Assembly (NCBI GenBank): GCA_036743315.1
Contig: DAINPV010000001.1
Coordinates: forward strand, 1-53,531
From: a bacterium
GTDB taxonomy: Bacteria > Lernaellota > Lernaellaia > Lernaellales > Lernaellaceae
Direction: 5' to 3'
Length of the DNA: 53,531 nucleotides
Positions 25,391 through 33,807 of this stretch are shown piece after piece. The translations under genes were made by a program, and so were the position numbers. Every line of letters begins with the position of its first letter. The stretch's first letter is position 1. The notes below the pieces were generated by a model. That model was not told the origin of the DNA. It made no database searches and worked only from the letters and a program-made list of their open reading frames with translations.

Positions 25391-26545
25391 ATGCGCCAAC
25401 CCTGCCGACGTTGCGGGCAATGTTTGAGCCGTTGCATCTACCTGCGCCTGACGCCAACAGAGGCGGCGATCGAGATGCGGCGACTCGACGAAGGGCGTGA
25501 AACGCCGCACCTGACGGCGCATTGCGTCTCGTGCGCGGCCTGCAACGCCTTCTGCCCGCACGGCGCCGATCCCTACGGGCGCATCCTGGAGCGCTGGTAC
25601 GCCGACTACCTGCGCGACGGTCTGCCCGCCCGCGCCAAATACCTGATGCCGACCGAAGCCAAATCGTTCCGCACCGACATCGTGCGCCGTCTGCCCGCCG
25701 ACGAGCGCGCGCTGGTGGAGCAATGGGCAGCCAACGAGCCGCGCGGCGTCACGCTGTACCCGGGCTGCAACCTGATCAGCAGCGCGTACCTGACGCAGTC
25801 GGGCGTCTTCGACGACCTGACCGTCGCGGGCAGCCTCGACGTGTGCTGCGGCGAAATGTACTACCGCATGGGGTTGTTCGATCAGGCGCGGCTGTGCGCC
25901 GAGCGCGTGGCTGAGTATTACGCCGGGCGCGACATCAAGCGCCTGGTGATGGTCTGCCCCGCCGGCTACAACATGTTTAAAAACGTCTATCCCGAGCGCT
26001 TCAACGTGCGGCTGGATTTCCCGCTGACGTTCGTCACCGAGTATTTAAATGAGCGCCTCGACAGCGGCGCGCTGAAGGTGAGCAATCCGTTGCGGCGCAA
26101 GGTGGTGATGCACGACAGTTGCCATGCGCGGTTGCTGGGCGGCGATTTTATGGACGATGTGCGCGCCTTGCTGCATCGCCTGGGCGCACAGACGACCGAG
26201 GCGCGCTACCAGCGCGAGGAGGGCTTGTGTTGCGGCATCGCGGCCGCCGCGCCGCGCCAATCGCCCTTCGACCTGGCGCGGGTGGCGCTGTGGGCGCATC
26301 GCGAATACGCGAAAACGAGCGGTGAGCAGGTGGCGACCTATTGCACCGGCTGCTATCTGACCTTGGGGATGCTGCGCCCGCCGGCGCTCGGTCTGCCGGT
26401 CACGCACCTGCTGGCGCTGGTTGCCGAAGCGATCGGCCGACCGGTGGCGGATCGCCTGGGGCCGCGCACGCGTTCGATGTTCACCGGCGTGGCGTTAAAC
26501 GCGCTGCCCAAGCTGATGTCGCGCAAGCGTTTCTACGTACGGTGA
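25391..26545 (+). CDS. Fe-S oxidoreductase with two CCG domains (HdrD/GlpC/LutA-like)
   Basis: CRRCGQCLSRC and CVSCAACNAFCP ferredoxin-type clusters. CCG motifs VCCGEMY and LCCGIAA. GGAGGA RBS before ATG 25391. Confidence 0.8.
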   Translation: MRQPCRRCGQCLSRCIYLRLTPTEAAIEMRRLDEGRETPHLTAHCVSCAACNAFCPHGADPYGRILERWYADYLRDGLPARAKYLMPTEAKSFRTDIVRRLPADERALVEQWAANEPRGVTLYPGCNLISSAYLTQSGVFDDLTVAGSLDVCCGEMYYRMGLFDQARLCAERVAEYYAGRDIKRLVMVCPAGYNMFKNVYPERFNVRLDFPLTFVTEYLNERLDSGALKVSNPLRRKVVMHDSCHARLLGGDFMDDVRALLHRLGAQTTEARYQREEGLCCGIAAAAPRQSPFDLARVALWAHREYAKTSGEQVATYCTGCYLTLGMLRPPALGLPVTHLLALVAEAIGRPVADRLGPRTRSMFTGVALNALPKLMSRKRFYVR

Positions 26546-26559
26546 GCGGGCGTCGCCGC

Positions 26560-27153
26560 TCACTCCATTTTCGTCCAGCGATCGCCGTTGGCGAATTTCC
26601 AATACCATTCGCCGTCTACGTCGCCGAAGCGACCGCCCAGGATTTCGTCTTCGTTTTCGCCGGGCACGTAGCCGATTTCCGTGGCGGCGGTGAATCCCGG
26701 ATGCAGTTGGTCGATTCTCGCCGGACGGCTTGCGGCTTCGTCGGCAAAGGTCACCCAGACGGGAATGCCCCAATATGCCGAGCAGCGCGCGTCGTCAATC
26801 AAGTAGGGGAGCGTCCAATAGCCTTCCGGGCGACAGGAAATTTCGAGGACGCGGCCGTTTTGATCTTGGTAAGCGCCCGTAAAGACGCTCAGGATTTCGC
26901 CGAGCATCACGTAATACTCGTTGTTGCCCGGGTCGGGCGGCAGGCATTGGTTTTCGGATTTTGACAGGGAAGCCTGCGTGCTGCCGTCAAACTCCCAATT
27001 GCAGTCGCCGGTCCATCCGTTTTGCGGCGTCGCGCCGTCGTCGTCACTATCGTCGTCATCGTCCCCATTGCAGGCGATAGCGAAAATTCCGGCGAGGCAG
27101 GCAAAAGCCATCAGGAGCGCTAGGAGCGGTCGATAGGCGGATCGTCCAGACAT
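26560..27153 (-). CDS. Lipoprotein with poly-Asp linker, unknown function
   Basis: Lipobox FAIAC followed by NGDDDDDSDDDG. Confidence 0.65.
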   Translation of the reverse strand: MSGRSAYRPLLALLMAFACLAGIFAIACNGDDDDDSDDDGATPQNGWTGDCNWEFDGSTQASLSKSENQCLPPDPGNNEYYVMLGEILSVFTGAYQDQNGRVLEISCRPEGYWTLPYLIDDARCSAYWGIPVWVTFADEAASRPARIDQLHPGFTAATEIGYVPGENEDEILGGRFGDVDGEWYWKFANGDRWTKME

Positions 27154-27297
27154 GATAACCTCCTTTCAATAGGCGGCGTCGGAGAAGACAAGTTTCATCT
27201 TTCCGTCATCACTATAGACTGTCGGACAGGGCCTAATCAATCCCTCTCGGGAAAATACACAATGGAATAATCATGGCAATGGAGATCGCTGGCGGGC

Positions 27298-28632
27298 TCA
27301 GCGATAGATGAACTTGATCGGCGTGTCGGCCGCGATGGTCAGGCCGCCCAGCGTGCGCGGGATGACCACGACCGAGTACGGCTGGGTCAGCGACTGGGTG
27401 ACCATCTGACCCGGCTGCGGCGTCGTTTGCTGCACGGTCACTTCGAGGTGCTCGCCGACGAGGGCGACCTGGGTGATGGAGATGGCGAAACCGCCGGTCG
27501 AGCGCAGGCCCAGGTACACGGCGATGACGATCTGCTGGTCGAAGTTTACCGGCGGCAGCGGCGGTTTTTCGATGACGCTCGCGTGCATGTACTGCCAGAG
27601 GGTCGGCCATTTTTCCGCGGTGAGCACGACCACGCGGCCGGGCTTGTGGAAGCCGCTGTGCCGGCCTTCCCAGCGCTGCGCGATGTTGGCGACGATCGCC
27701 GCTTCGCCGCCGGCCTGATCGGCCGCTTTCATTTTTTTCTGCCGGCTGAAGAAGCGGATCGACACCGAGGGCGCGGCGGGCGGCTCGGCCGGCTTGGGCT
27801 TTTGCTGTTCGGCCACCGTTTCGGCGGCGCCGCCGGTCAACGCCCGGCGCTGGTAATCGCCTTCCTCTTCCGCGGCGGCAAAGCGCTCCGCGTCGCGGTC
27901 GTCGGCAGCGAGTTCATCGGCCATGACCGGGGCGGAATCTTCGCGTTTGGGTTCCGCCGCTTCCGGCGCGGGCGCGACCATGACCGGCGGGGGCGGCAGG
28001 ACGATCGCGGTCGACGATTCGGCCGGTCCGTAGGCGGCGTTGCGCAAGCCGTTGCCTTCGGCGCTTTTGTGCATGCCGCCGCCGGCGGACAGCCCGACCT
28101 TTTTATCGGCGCGCATTTTCGCCGCGTCCTGCTTGCGGGCCAACACTTCGGTCAGACCGACTTCGGCCGTTCCTTTGGCTTTTTCGTCTTCGAAGGCCAG
28201 CTCCTGGAAAGCAAATTTCGCGGCCGGCTGCGCCACGGTTTCCAGGGGTTGATCGGTCACGGATTCCTTGACCGTCTGAGGCAGATGGTTGTGCATCTCC
28301 AGGTTGCTGTAGACGGCGACGACGGCGATGAGCGCGACGAGAATCGCGGCGGCGGCCGACAGCGGGAAGAAGTCCTTGCGCAGCAGACGGCGGCGGCGCA
28401 AGAAGCGCGGCCGGCGCCGGGTGGTGGCGGCGAAGATGTTGTCGGTGAGCGTCGCGGGCGCCGGCGCGGGACGCAGCGTCTCGATCATGGGCATGAGCCG
28501 GCGCAACTCGTCGATGGCCCGTGCGCAATGGGGGCATTCGGCGAGGTGTCGTTCGACCTTTACGCGATCGGCGTCGTCGAGGACGTCGTCGACGTATTCG
28601 GCCAACAGCGGTTCAAGCTCGCGACAACTCAT
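27298..28632 (-). CDS. Anti-sigma factor: zf-HC2 N-terminus, one TM helix, long acidic/Pro linker, PrcB_C-like C-terminal domain
   Basis: HLAECPHCARAIDEL zf-HC2 motif and FFPLSAAAAILVALIAVVAVY TM helix. The C-terminus KWPTLW...PPLPPVNFDQQIVIAVYLGLRSTGGFAISI...QPYSVVVIPR fits the PrcB_C pattern. ATGA overlap with the sigma gene. Confidence 0.8.
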   Translation of the reverse strand: MSCRELEPLLAEYVDDVLDDADRVKVERHLAECPHCARAIDELRRLMPMIETLRPAPAPATLTDNIFAATTRRRPRFLRRRRLLRKDFFPLSAAAAILVALIAVVAVYSNLEMHNHLPQTVKESVTDQPLETVAQPAAKFAFQELAFEDEKAKGTAEVGLTEVLARKQDAAKMRADKKVGLSAGGGMHKSAEGNGLRNAAYGPAESSTAIVLPPPPVMVAPAPEAAEPKREDSAPVMADELAADDRDAERFAAAEEEGDYQRRALTGGAAETVAEQQKPKPAEPPAAPSVSIRFFSRQKKMKAADQAGGEAAIVANIAQRWEGRHSGFHKPGRVVVLTAEKWPTLWQYMHASVIEKPPLPPVNFDQQIVIAVYLGLRSTGGFAISITQVALVGEHLEVTVQQTTPQPGQMVTQSLTQPYSVVVIPRTLGGLTIAADTPIKFIYR

Positions 28633-29312
28633 GGTTCGCACTCTATCTCAAGCAAAGGTTTTAGCAACCGGGCCAGCTCCAGCCGCGCGCGATGAATGCG
28701 GCTTTTAACCGTGCCCAGCGCCTGCCCGGTAATGTCGGCGATTTCCTCGTAGGACAGACCCTGCAATTCGCGCAGGACGATGACCTCGCGTTGGTCGTCG
28801 GCCAGTAGATCGATTGCCGCCCGCACTTTTTCCTGCGTTTCCCGGCTTTGCGCCTCCTGTTGCGGGTCGGGATCTTCGGTAGCGAATTGCCTGCTCATTT
28901 CGCCGTCCTGGGTTTCGACCGCCTGTTCCATCGAATCGCTGGTGTAATAATGGCGCCGCTTCAGATACTTCAGTTTGTTTTTGCAGTGGTTCATGGCCAC
29001 CTGGTACAGCCAGGTGGAGAACTTGGACTCGCCGCGGAACTCCGGCAGCGCGTGATACACCTTGATAAAGACCTCCTGGGCCGCCTCCTGCGCCTCGTCG
29101 TCGACGCGCAGGAAGCGCAGCGCCGTGTTGTAAATGCGCTGCTGATAACGAATGACCAGTTCCTCGAATGCCTGCCGGTCGCCGTCGTTGAAGCGCACGA
29201 TCAGCGCTTTGTCGGCCCGGTCGGCGTCCAGCGCGATCACTCGCTGTCCGTCCACCGGCTGGTTAGACAGTGACTGTTTGGGTAAAGTTCCGTTGGCTTC
29301 GTGGTCGTTCAT
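28629..29312 (-). CDS. ECF (group IV) sigma-70 factor
   Basis: Region 2 EAAQEVFIKVYHALPEFRGESKFSTWLYQVAMNHCKN. Region 4 LRELQGLSYEEIADITGQALGTVKSRIHRAR. Confidence 0.9.
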   Translation of the reverse strand: MNDHEANGTLPKQSLSNQPVDGQRVIALDADRADKALIVRFNDGDRQAFEELVIRYQQRIYNTALRFLRVDDEAQEAAQEVFIKVYHALPEFRGESKFSTWLYQVAMNHCKNKLKYLKRRHYYTSDSMEQAVETQDGEMSRQFATEDPDPQQEAQSRETQEKVRAAIDLLADDQREVIVLRELQGLSYEEIADITGQALGTVKSRIHRARLELARLLKPLLEIECEP

Positions 29313-29362
29313 TTGGTTTCGTTATCGGCCAAGAGTTACCAATCGACAGTGTCGGCGCCCTC

Positions 29363-30112
29363 TTACAATTCTTCGATCGATCCGCAGAATGTAAACGGGT
29401 CGAAGTTCTCGCCGGTGAGCAACCGGAATTTCTTCTTGAGCGCCTGGATCATATCACGCAATTGGCGAATCGACTCCACCAATTCCATTTCACGCTTCAA
29501 TTTGTCCTCGGGGCGGTGGTGCGGATTGCGTCGCCGCACTTGGTCCAGCAGAACCTCTTGCTCGGCCAACCTCGCGGAAAGATCGCAGATTTGCTTGCCG
29601 ATCACCCGAGCTTCATGCTTGAAGCGTTCCCGGGGGTCTTCCATTGGCGGCGGCTGAGACGGGCTGACGTTCAACGCCACGATGCGTTTGGCGGCGATCT
29701 GCTCGGGCAGCAAGCGCAGCAGCGAACCGTGCTCTTCGCCGGCCAGCCCTTCGCTGAATACCTGCGCCCGGTCGTGGTAGCAGTCGGCCTTGCTCTTCTT
29801 TTCGGCTTCGACCGCATCAGGCAGGGAGTCGCAGGCCGCGGCGAGCGTTTCGGTCCAATTCTGCAACCGCAGGGCGGTTTTGGTCAGAAACTGCACGCTG
29901 GTCGGTTTGCCGGTGCCCGGCAGCGGCAGGCAGGAGCTATCGATCGCGGTGCAATGACAGGCGGTTTGCGCCTGCATCACCACGCTGCGCGCCTGCTCGA
30001 GGTCGCCGGCGATGACCGCCTGCTTCCAGGCGTCGTAGTCGAAGCAGGTTTCCTCGGCGCCGACCAGCGCCGGCAACAACAACAGCAGCAGGAAAAACCA
30101 ACGTTTACGCAT
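29363..30112 (-). CDS. Secreted hypothetical protein (helical, several Cys)
   Basis: Signal peptide MRKRWFFLLLLLLPALVGA. Lies between the dipeptidase and sigma genes on the same strand. Confidence 0.6.
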   Translation of the reverse strand: MRKRWFFLLLLLLPALVGAEETCFDYDAWKQAVIAGDLEQARSVVMQAQTACHCTAIDSSCLPLPGTGKPTSVQFLTKTALRLQNWTETLAAACDSLPDAVEAEKKSKADCYHDRAQVFSEGLAGEEHGSLLRLLPEQIAAKRIVALNVSPSQPPPMEDPRERFKHEARVIGKQICDLSARLAEQEVLLDQVRRRNPHHRPEDKLKREMELVESIRQLRDMIQALKKKFRLLTGENFDPFTFCGSIEEL

Positions 30113-30118
30113 CGTTTC

Positions 30119-31177
30119 TCAATTCTCGGGCAGCACCGCGTCGAGCACGCGGCGCACGTTGAGGCCGAGGAAGGCGCGCAGTTCGTCGTCGCTCCAGCCG
30201 CGTTCGATGAGGATTTCGGTCAAGTGGGGCCAATCGGACGCGTCGCGCAACCCGCGAGGCATCGTCAGCAGCCAGCCGTCCATGTCCGAGCCCAGCGCCA
30301 CATGTTCGATGCCGGCCACGCGACGCACGTGCTCGATCGCGTCGGCCATGGCGGTCAGCGGAGCGATGTTGGAGCCGGTCAGGTATTTCGGACTGGCCAT
30401 GATGCCGACCACGCCGCCCAATTTCGCCACCGCCTCGAGTTGCTCGTCGTCGATGTTGCGCCACAGTTTATGCGTGGCGGTGACGCCGGTGTGGCTGACG
30501 ATCGGCGGCGTTTGCAGCATCGCGCAGGCTTCCATGAAGCCGGGCTTGTTGATGTGCGCCAGGTCGATCAGCACGCGGTGCTGTTCGCAGGTTTCGATCA
30601 GCTTGCGGCCGAAGGGCGTCAGGCCGCGGGTGGCGGATTCGCCCAGGCCGTGCGCGCAGGAAGCGGCCTCGTTGCTGGAGAAATGCGTCAGGCCGAAGTA
30701 GCGGAGGCCGCGGTCGATCAGTCGCTGCAACTGGCCCAGGTCGCCGCTGACGATGTGCGCGCCTTCGACTCCCGGCAGCGTACCGACGCGCCCGGCGGCC
30801 AGATTTTCGGCCAGCGAGCGCTTGTCGCGAATGCGAAACAGCATCTGGGGACGCTCGGCCTCGAGGCGTTCGAGGTAGTCGAGCTGCGCCTGGGCCTGGC
30901 GCATTTTCTTTTCCCGGTTGTGGACGGGCGAGGCGATCAGCCCCAAGCCCCAAATGCCGATGCCGCCGTCCTGAATGCGCGGCAGATCGCACTGGTTGAC
31001 GAACGGCGAAAAGGGGACCCAGGGCGTGTGGCGCCGTAGGGCGTCGAAGCCGAAGAGAACATGCGCCGACAGCGTATCGCAATGCAGGTCGGCGACCGGC
31101 GTTTCGCGGTGCAGGCGCAACGCGCGATATGAGGGCGTCGGCGGTTGATAGCGTAGATCGGCCAGCAGCGACATCAT
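30119..31177 (-). CDS. Membrane dipeptidase, peptidase family M19
   Basis: DLHCDTL, GVEGAH, HFSSNEAA, VSHTG and LGSDMDG metal-ligand blocks. GGGAGG RBS before ATG 31177. Confidence 0.85.
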   Translation of the reverse strand: MMSLLADLRYQPPTPSYRALRLHRETPVADLHCDTLSAHVLFGFDALRRHTPWVPFSPFVNQCDLPRIQDGGIGIWGLGLIASPVHNREKKMRQAQAQLDYLERLEAERPQMLFRIRDKRSLAENLAAGRVGTLPGVEGAHIVSGDLGQLQRLIDRGLRYFGLTHFSSNEAASCAHGLGESATRGLTPFGRKLIETCEQHRVLIDLAHINKPGFMEACAMLQTPPIVSHTGVTATHKLWRNIDDEQLEAVAKLGGVVGIMASPKYLTGSNIAPLTAMADAIEHVRRVAGIEHVALGSDMDGWLLTMPRGLRDASDWPHLTEILIERGWSDDELRAFLGLNVRRVLDAVLPEN

Positions 31178-31465
31178 GCCTCCCGGGCGGTCTCCGTGGT
31201 GGAGTAACTCGAACGCACACGCTAACAGACGGACCGATCTCATGCAAGAAAGGTTAAACCGCGACGGCAATTGGGGAAGGGTGGGGACTCGGCCGAAGCC
31301 GAGCCCCCGGATATGAGGAGTACCAGTTGGTTGTGCCCGACCGGGGAGAGTCGAGCGTTGTTATCCACGACCGGGGTGTGTAGAGGGGAAAACGCTGCCG
31401 GTCGTGAATGTTCCCCTTTCGGGGGAGGAGTAGCTTGTTTCGACAAGCGATTGCCTGTCGGTTTT

Positions 31466-31657
31466 TTATTTCGTTTTCACCTTGCAGGTGTTGAACCCCA
31501 GCAAGGAATACAGTCCACAGTAGCCGACGACAGCCGTCGCCAGGGGGATCACTCCCAGGATGCCCCACCAACTGCCGGTGGCGAATCCGGCGATGGCGAT
31601 GACCGCGCCGGCAGCGCCGCGAATTAAACGATCAGTCGTGCCGATATTGCGTATCAT
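31466..31657 (-). CDS. DUF2892 (YgaP-like) small membrane protein
   Basis: 63 aa. Pattern DRLIRGAAGAVIAIAG...GVIPLATAVVGYCGLYSLLG. Confidence 0.65.
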   Translation of the reverse strand: MIRNIGTTDRLIRGAAGAVIAIAGFATGSWWGILGVIPLATAVVGYCGLYSLLGFNTCKVKTK

Positions 31658-31850
31658 GTTGAAAAGCCTTTTATTTTCAAGTGGTTGTTTTCTTTTATTC
31701 CCTTTTCGACCTAAATATAACCATGCCTGGCGAACAGGCAAGGGGTGAAAAAATTTATTTGGATCGAGTCTCAATATTAAGAAGGCGAATCGCTACCGCC
31801 CCTGCGGGGCTTTTGGAAAATAGGGTTTTGTTCACCGGGAGCGATTCGGA

Positions 31851-31884
31851 TTAAAACAAAAGGAGCGGTCGCCCGACCGCTCCC
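31851..31884 (-). terminator. Intrinsic terminator of the Cys-rich protein gene
   Basis: Minus strand GGGAGCGGTCG-GGC-GACCGCTCC followed by TTTTGTTTT. Confidence 0.65.
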
Positions 31885-31910
31885 GTCATTCGCGAATGTT
31901 CAGCGGCGTG

Positions 31911-32567
31911 TTACATGCCGCAGGCGGAGCCGCCGTCTTCGTCGAGGCCTTCGCCTTCGGCGTCTTCGATCGATTCGTCGTCGTCGTCATCGTCATCGTC
32001 GTCGTCGCCCGTCGCGTCGTCATCGTCGGGTTGCAGGCTCAGGCATTCGCCGAGGCAATCGAACATGATGTCGCAGTCGTTCCAATTGTCGTAGGCGCAG
32101 ACGTCCACGCAGGTGTAGAAATCGGCGCTTTCCGCCGCTTCCAGGTTGCAGTCGGCGCGCATGTCTTCTTCTTCGATGGCGGCGCCTTCTCCGTCGGGGA
32201 AGGCGATGTCGCAAACGTCATAGATGAAATTCATCACGAAACCGCAATGGGTGTCGTTCTCGAAGCATTCATCGATGCATTCGGCCATCACGCCGCAGTC
32301 GACGTTTTGAATTGCGCAAGCGGTCCAACAGGCGCGCATCTGGGTGTCGGTCATGTTTTCGCAGAAATCGACCGCTTCCTTGACCGAGGCAAATTCGATA
32401 TTGCCCAAGACGATAGTCTGGTCACAGTCGGAGTACAGATTTTCCACGGCGTCGTCGCAAATGCCCTTGGCGGCGTTCGCGTCGGTGGCGTTGAACATGA
32501 ACCCCAGACTCAAGGCCGCCATGACCGCCGTCAACATACCCATCAGGAAAAATGCACGGGACCTCAT
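31911..32567 (-). CDS. Secreted Cys-rich protein (17 Cys, four CxxxC pairs) with C-terminal poly-Asp tail ending SACGM
   Basis: GGAGGG RBS before ATG 32567 and a signal peptide. CWTAC, CIDEC, CVDVC and CLGEC. Tail DDDDATGDDDDDDDDDDESIEDAEGEGLDEDGGSACGM*. Confidence 0.65.
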   Translation of the reverse strand: MRSRAFFLMGMLTAVMAALSLGFMFNATDANAAKGICDDAVENLYSDCDQTIVLGNIEFASVKEAVDFCENMTDTQMRACWTACAIQNVDCGVMAECIDECFENDTHCGFVMNFIYDVCDIAFPDGEGAAIEEEDMRADCNLEAAESADFYTCVDVCAYDNWNDCDIMFDCLGECLSLQPDDDDATGDDDDDDDDDDESIEDAEGEGLDEDGGSACGM

Positions 32568-32985
32568 GATTTCCCTCCACATAGCCCATTTAAAGTAATT
32601 GATTGTAAATTTGTTGCCGCGTGGGGGTCAAGTGGTAGTACAGAAAAAATAAGCGGAGAGGAATTTTCTTTTAATATCGGCCGGGTGCGTGAGAATCGGA
32701 ATGTCCAAAATCGGAGATTGTCGGTGGGTGACAAAAATTGTCAACCTCGGTCGCAAATTGTCGTTTTTTGGTCGGGACATTGAACGGACATTCAAGGGGT
32801 GGTTTGTCCTACTGGTTGAAAATAGGGACTTTTTTAAAATCGGGCATGTTGGCAAAGGTTTTGCTTATATAGGAATATGTCCGGAGGAGAAAACCTGATT
32901 GGGCCCTTTTGGGGAGGAGGGATCGGCAGGAAATGGCCTCCGGGCTTTTTCAGTATCCGCACTTTTAAGATATTTTTACCACATG

Positions 32986-33411
32986 TCAGGAAACGCCTAA
33001 CACCAACGCGAGGGCGATCAGCGCCATGGCGATCGACAGCACCGCGCAACCGCTGGGACGGATGGGCGCGGCGTTGTCGGGCAGGGCCGGCGGGTGGTTG
33101 TTGGTTTGCGCGGTCAGCCAATTTTTATCACCGTGCCCGAACGCGACCAACAAGCGGCGCACGGTGAGGCGATCGAATTTGCCGTCGACCGGCTGCGAAT
33201 CGTCCCGTCCTTCGGGAATGACGGCCAGGGTGAAGCCGCCGCGCACGCAGAAAATCTCCAGGTACTCGGTTTGCGCCCGACCGACGGTGAAAAAGTCGTT
33301 GCCTTCGACGAAAGGATAGCTGTCGAACAGATCGAGCAGTTCTTCGATCGTTGCCACGCTGAACTCGCCGGCCTGGGTGTAAATGTCGTACATCGATCCG
33401 CCTTTCCGCAT
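32986..33411 (-). CDS. Hypothetical tail-anchored membrane protein
   Basis: Soluble N-terminal domain of about 100 aa and a C-terminal TM helix AVLSIAMALIALALVLGV. Confidence 0.5.
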   Translation of the reverse strand: MRKGGSMYDIYTQAGEFSVATIEELLDLFDSYPFVEGNDFFTVGRAQTEYLEIFCVRGGFTLAVIPEGRDDSQPVDGKFDRLTVRRLLVAFGHGDKNWLTAQTNNHPPALPDNAAPIRPSGCAVLSIAMALIALALVLGVS

Positions 33412-33447
33412 TTGCCCGTTGTCGCGCGCGGGCGTCCGTGATAGGAA

Positions 33448-33807
33448 GTGCCCATGCGAAACTTCATGTTGTTGTTGCTCGTCGCCGGGTTGTTGTGGGC
33501 CTGCGACCTATTTTCTTCCGACGAACAATACCACAAGCAAATGATGGATGTCGCGCAGCGCGCGGCCGACTGTGAAGAAATGATTCTGCATCAGGCGGTC
33601 GGCCCGGAAGGCGGCTACAGCGACACGCTGGACGACCTGCTGCGTTTCGACGCCACGCTCACCGACGATCCGCAAATCGCCATCGCCTTCGGTCCGATGA
33701 CCGGCAGCGGCTATTCGTTCGCCGTGCGCCGCAAAGGCGTGTCCGCCGCGGTGGTGTGCACCGCGGCCGACGGCTGTCGGTTGTCGGCGGATGACGACAA
33801 AAATTGA
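33448..33807 (+). CDS. Small lipoprotein, unknown function
   Basis: Lipobox LLWAC. Start is GTG 33448 or ATG 33454. Confidence 0.55.
   Translation: MPMRNFMLLLLVAGLLWACDLFSSDEQYHKQMMDVAQRAADCEEMILHQAVGPEGGYSDTLDDLLRFDATLTDDPQIAIAFGPMTGSGYSFAVRRKGVSAAVVCTAADGCRLSADDDKN

Noticed and set aside
32850-32864. Sigma54-type -24/-12 element TGGCAA-AGGTT-TTGCT with correct GG/GC spacing on the plus strand.
   Set aside because: No plausible plus-strand gene or RNA lies downstream; it would read antisense into 32986-33411. The region is AT-rich, so a chance match is credible. No bacterial enhancer-binding protein gene is nearby.
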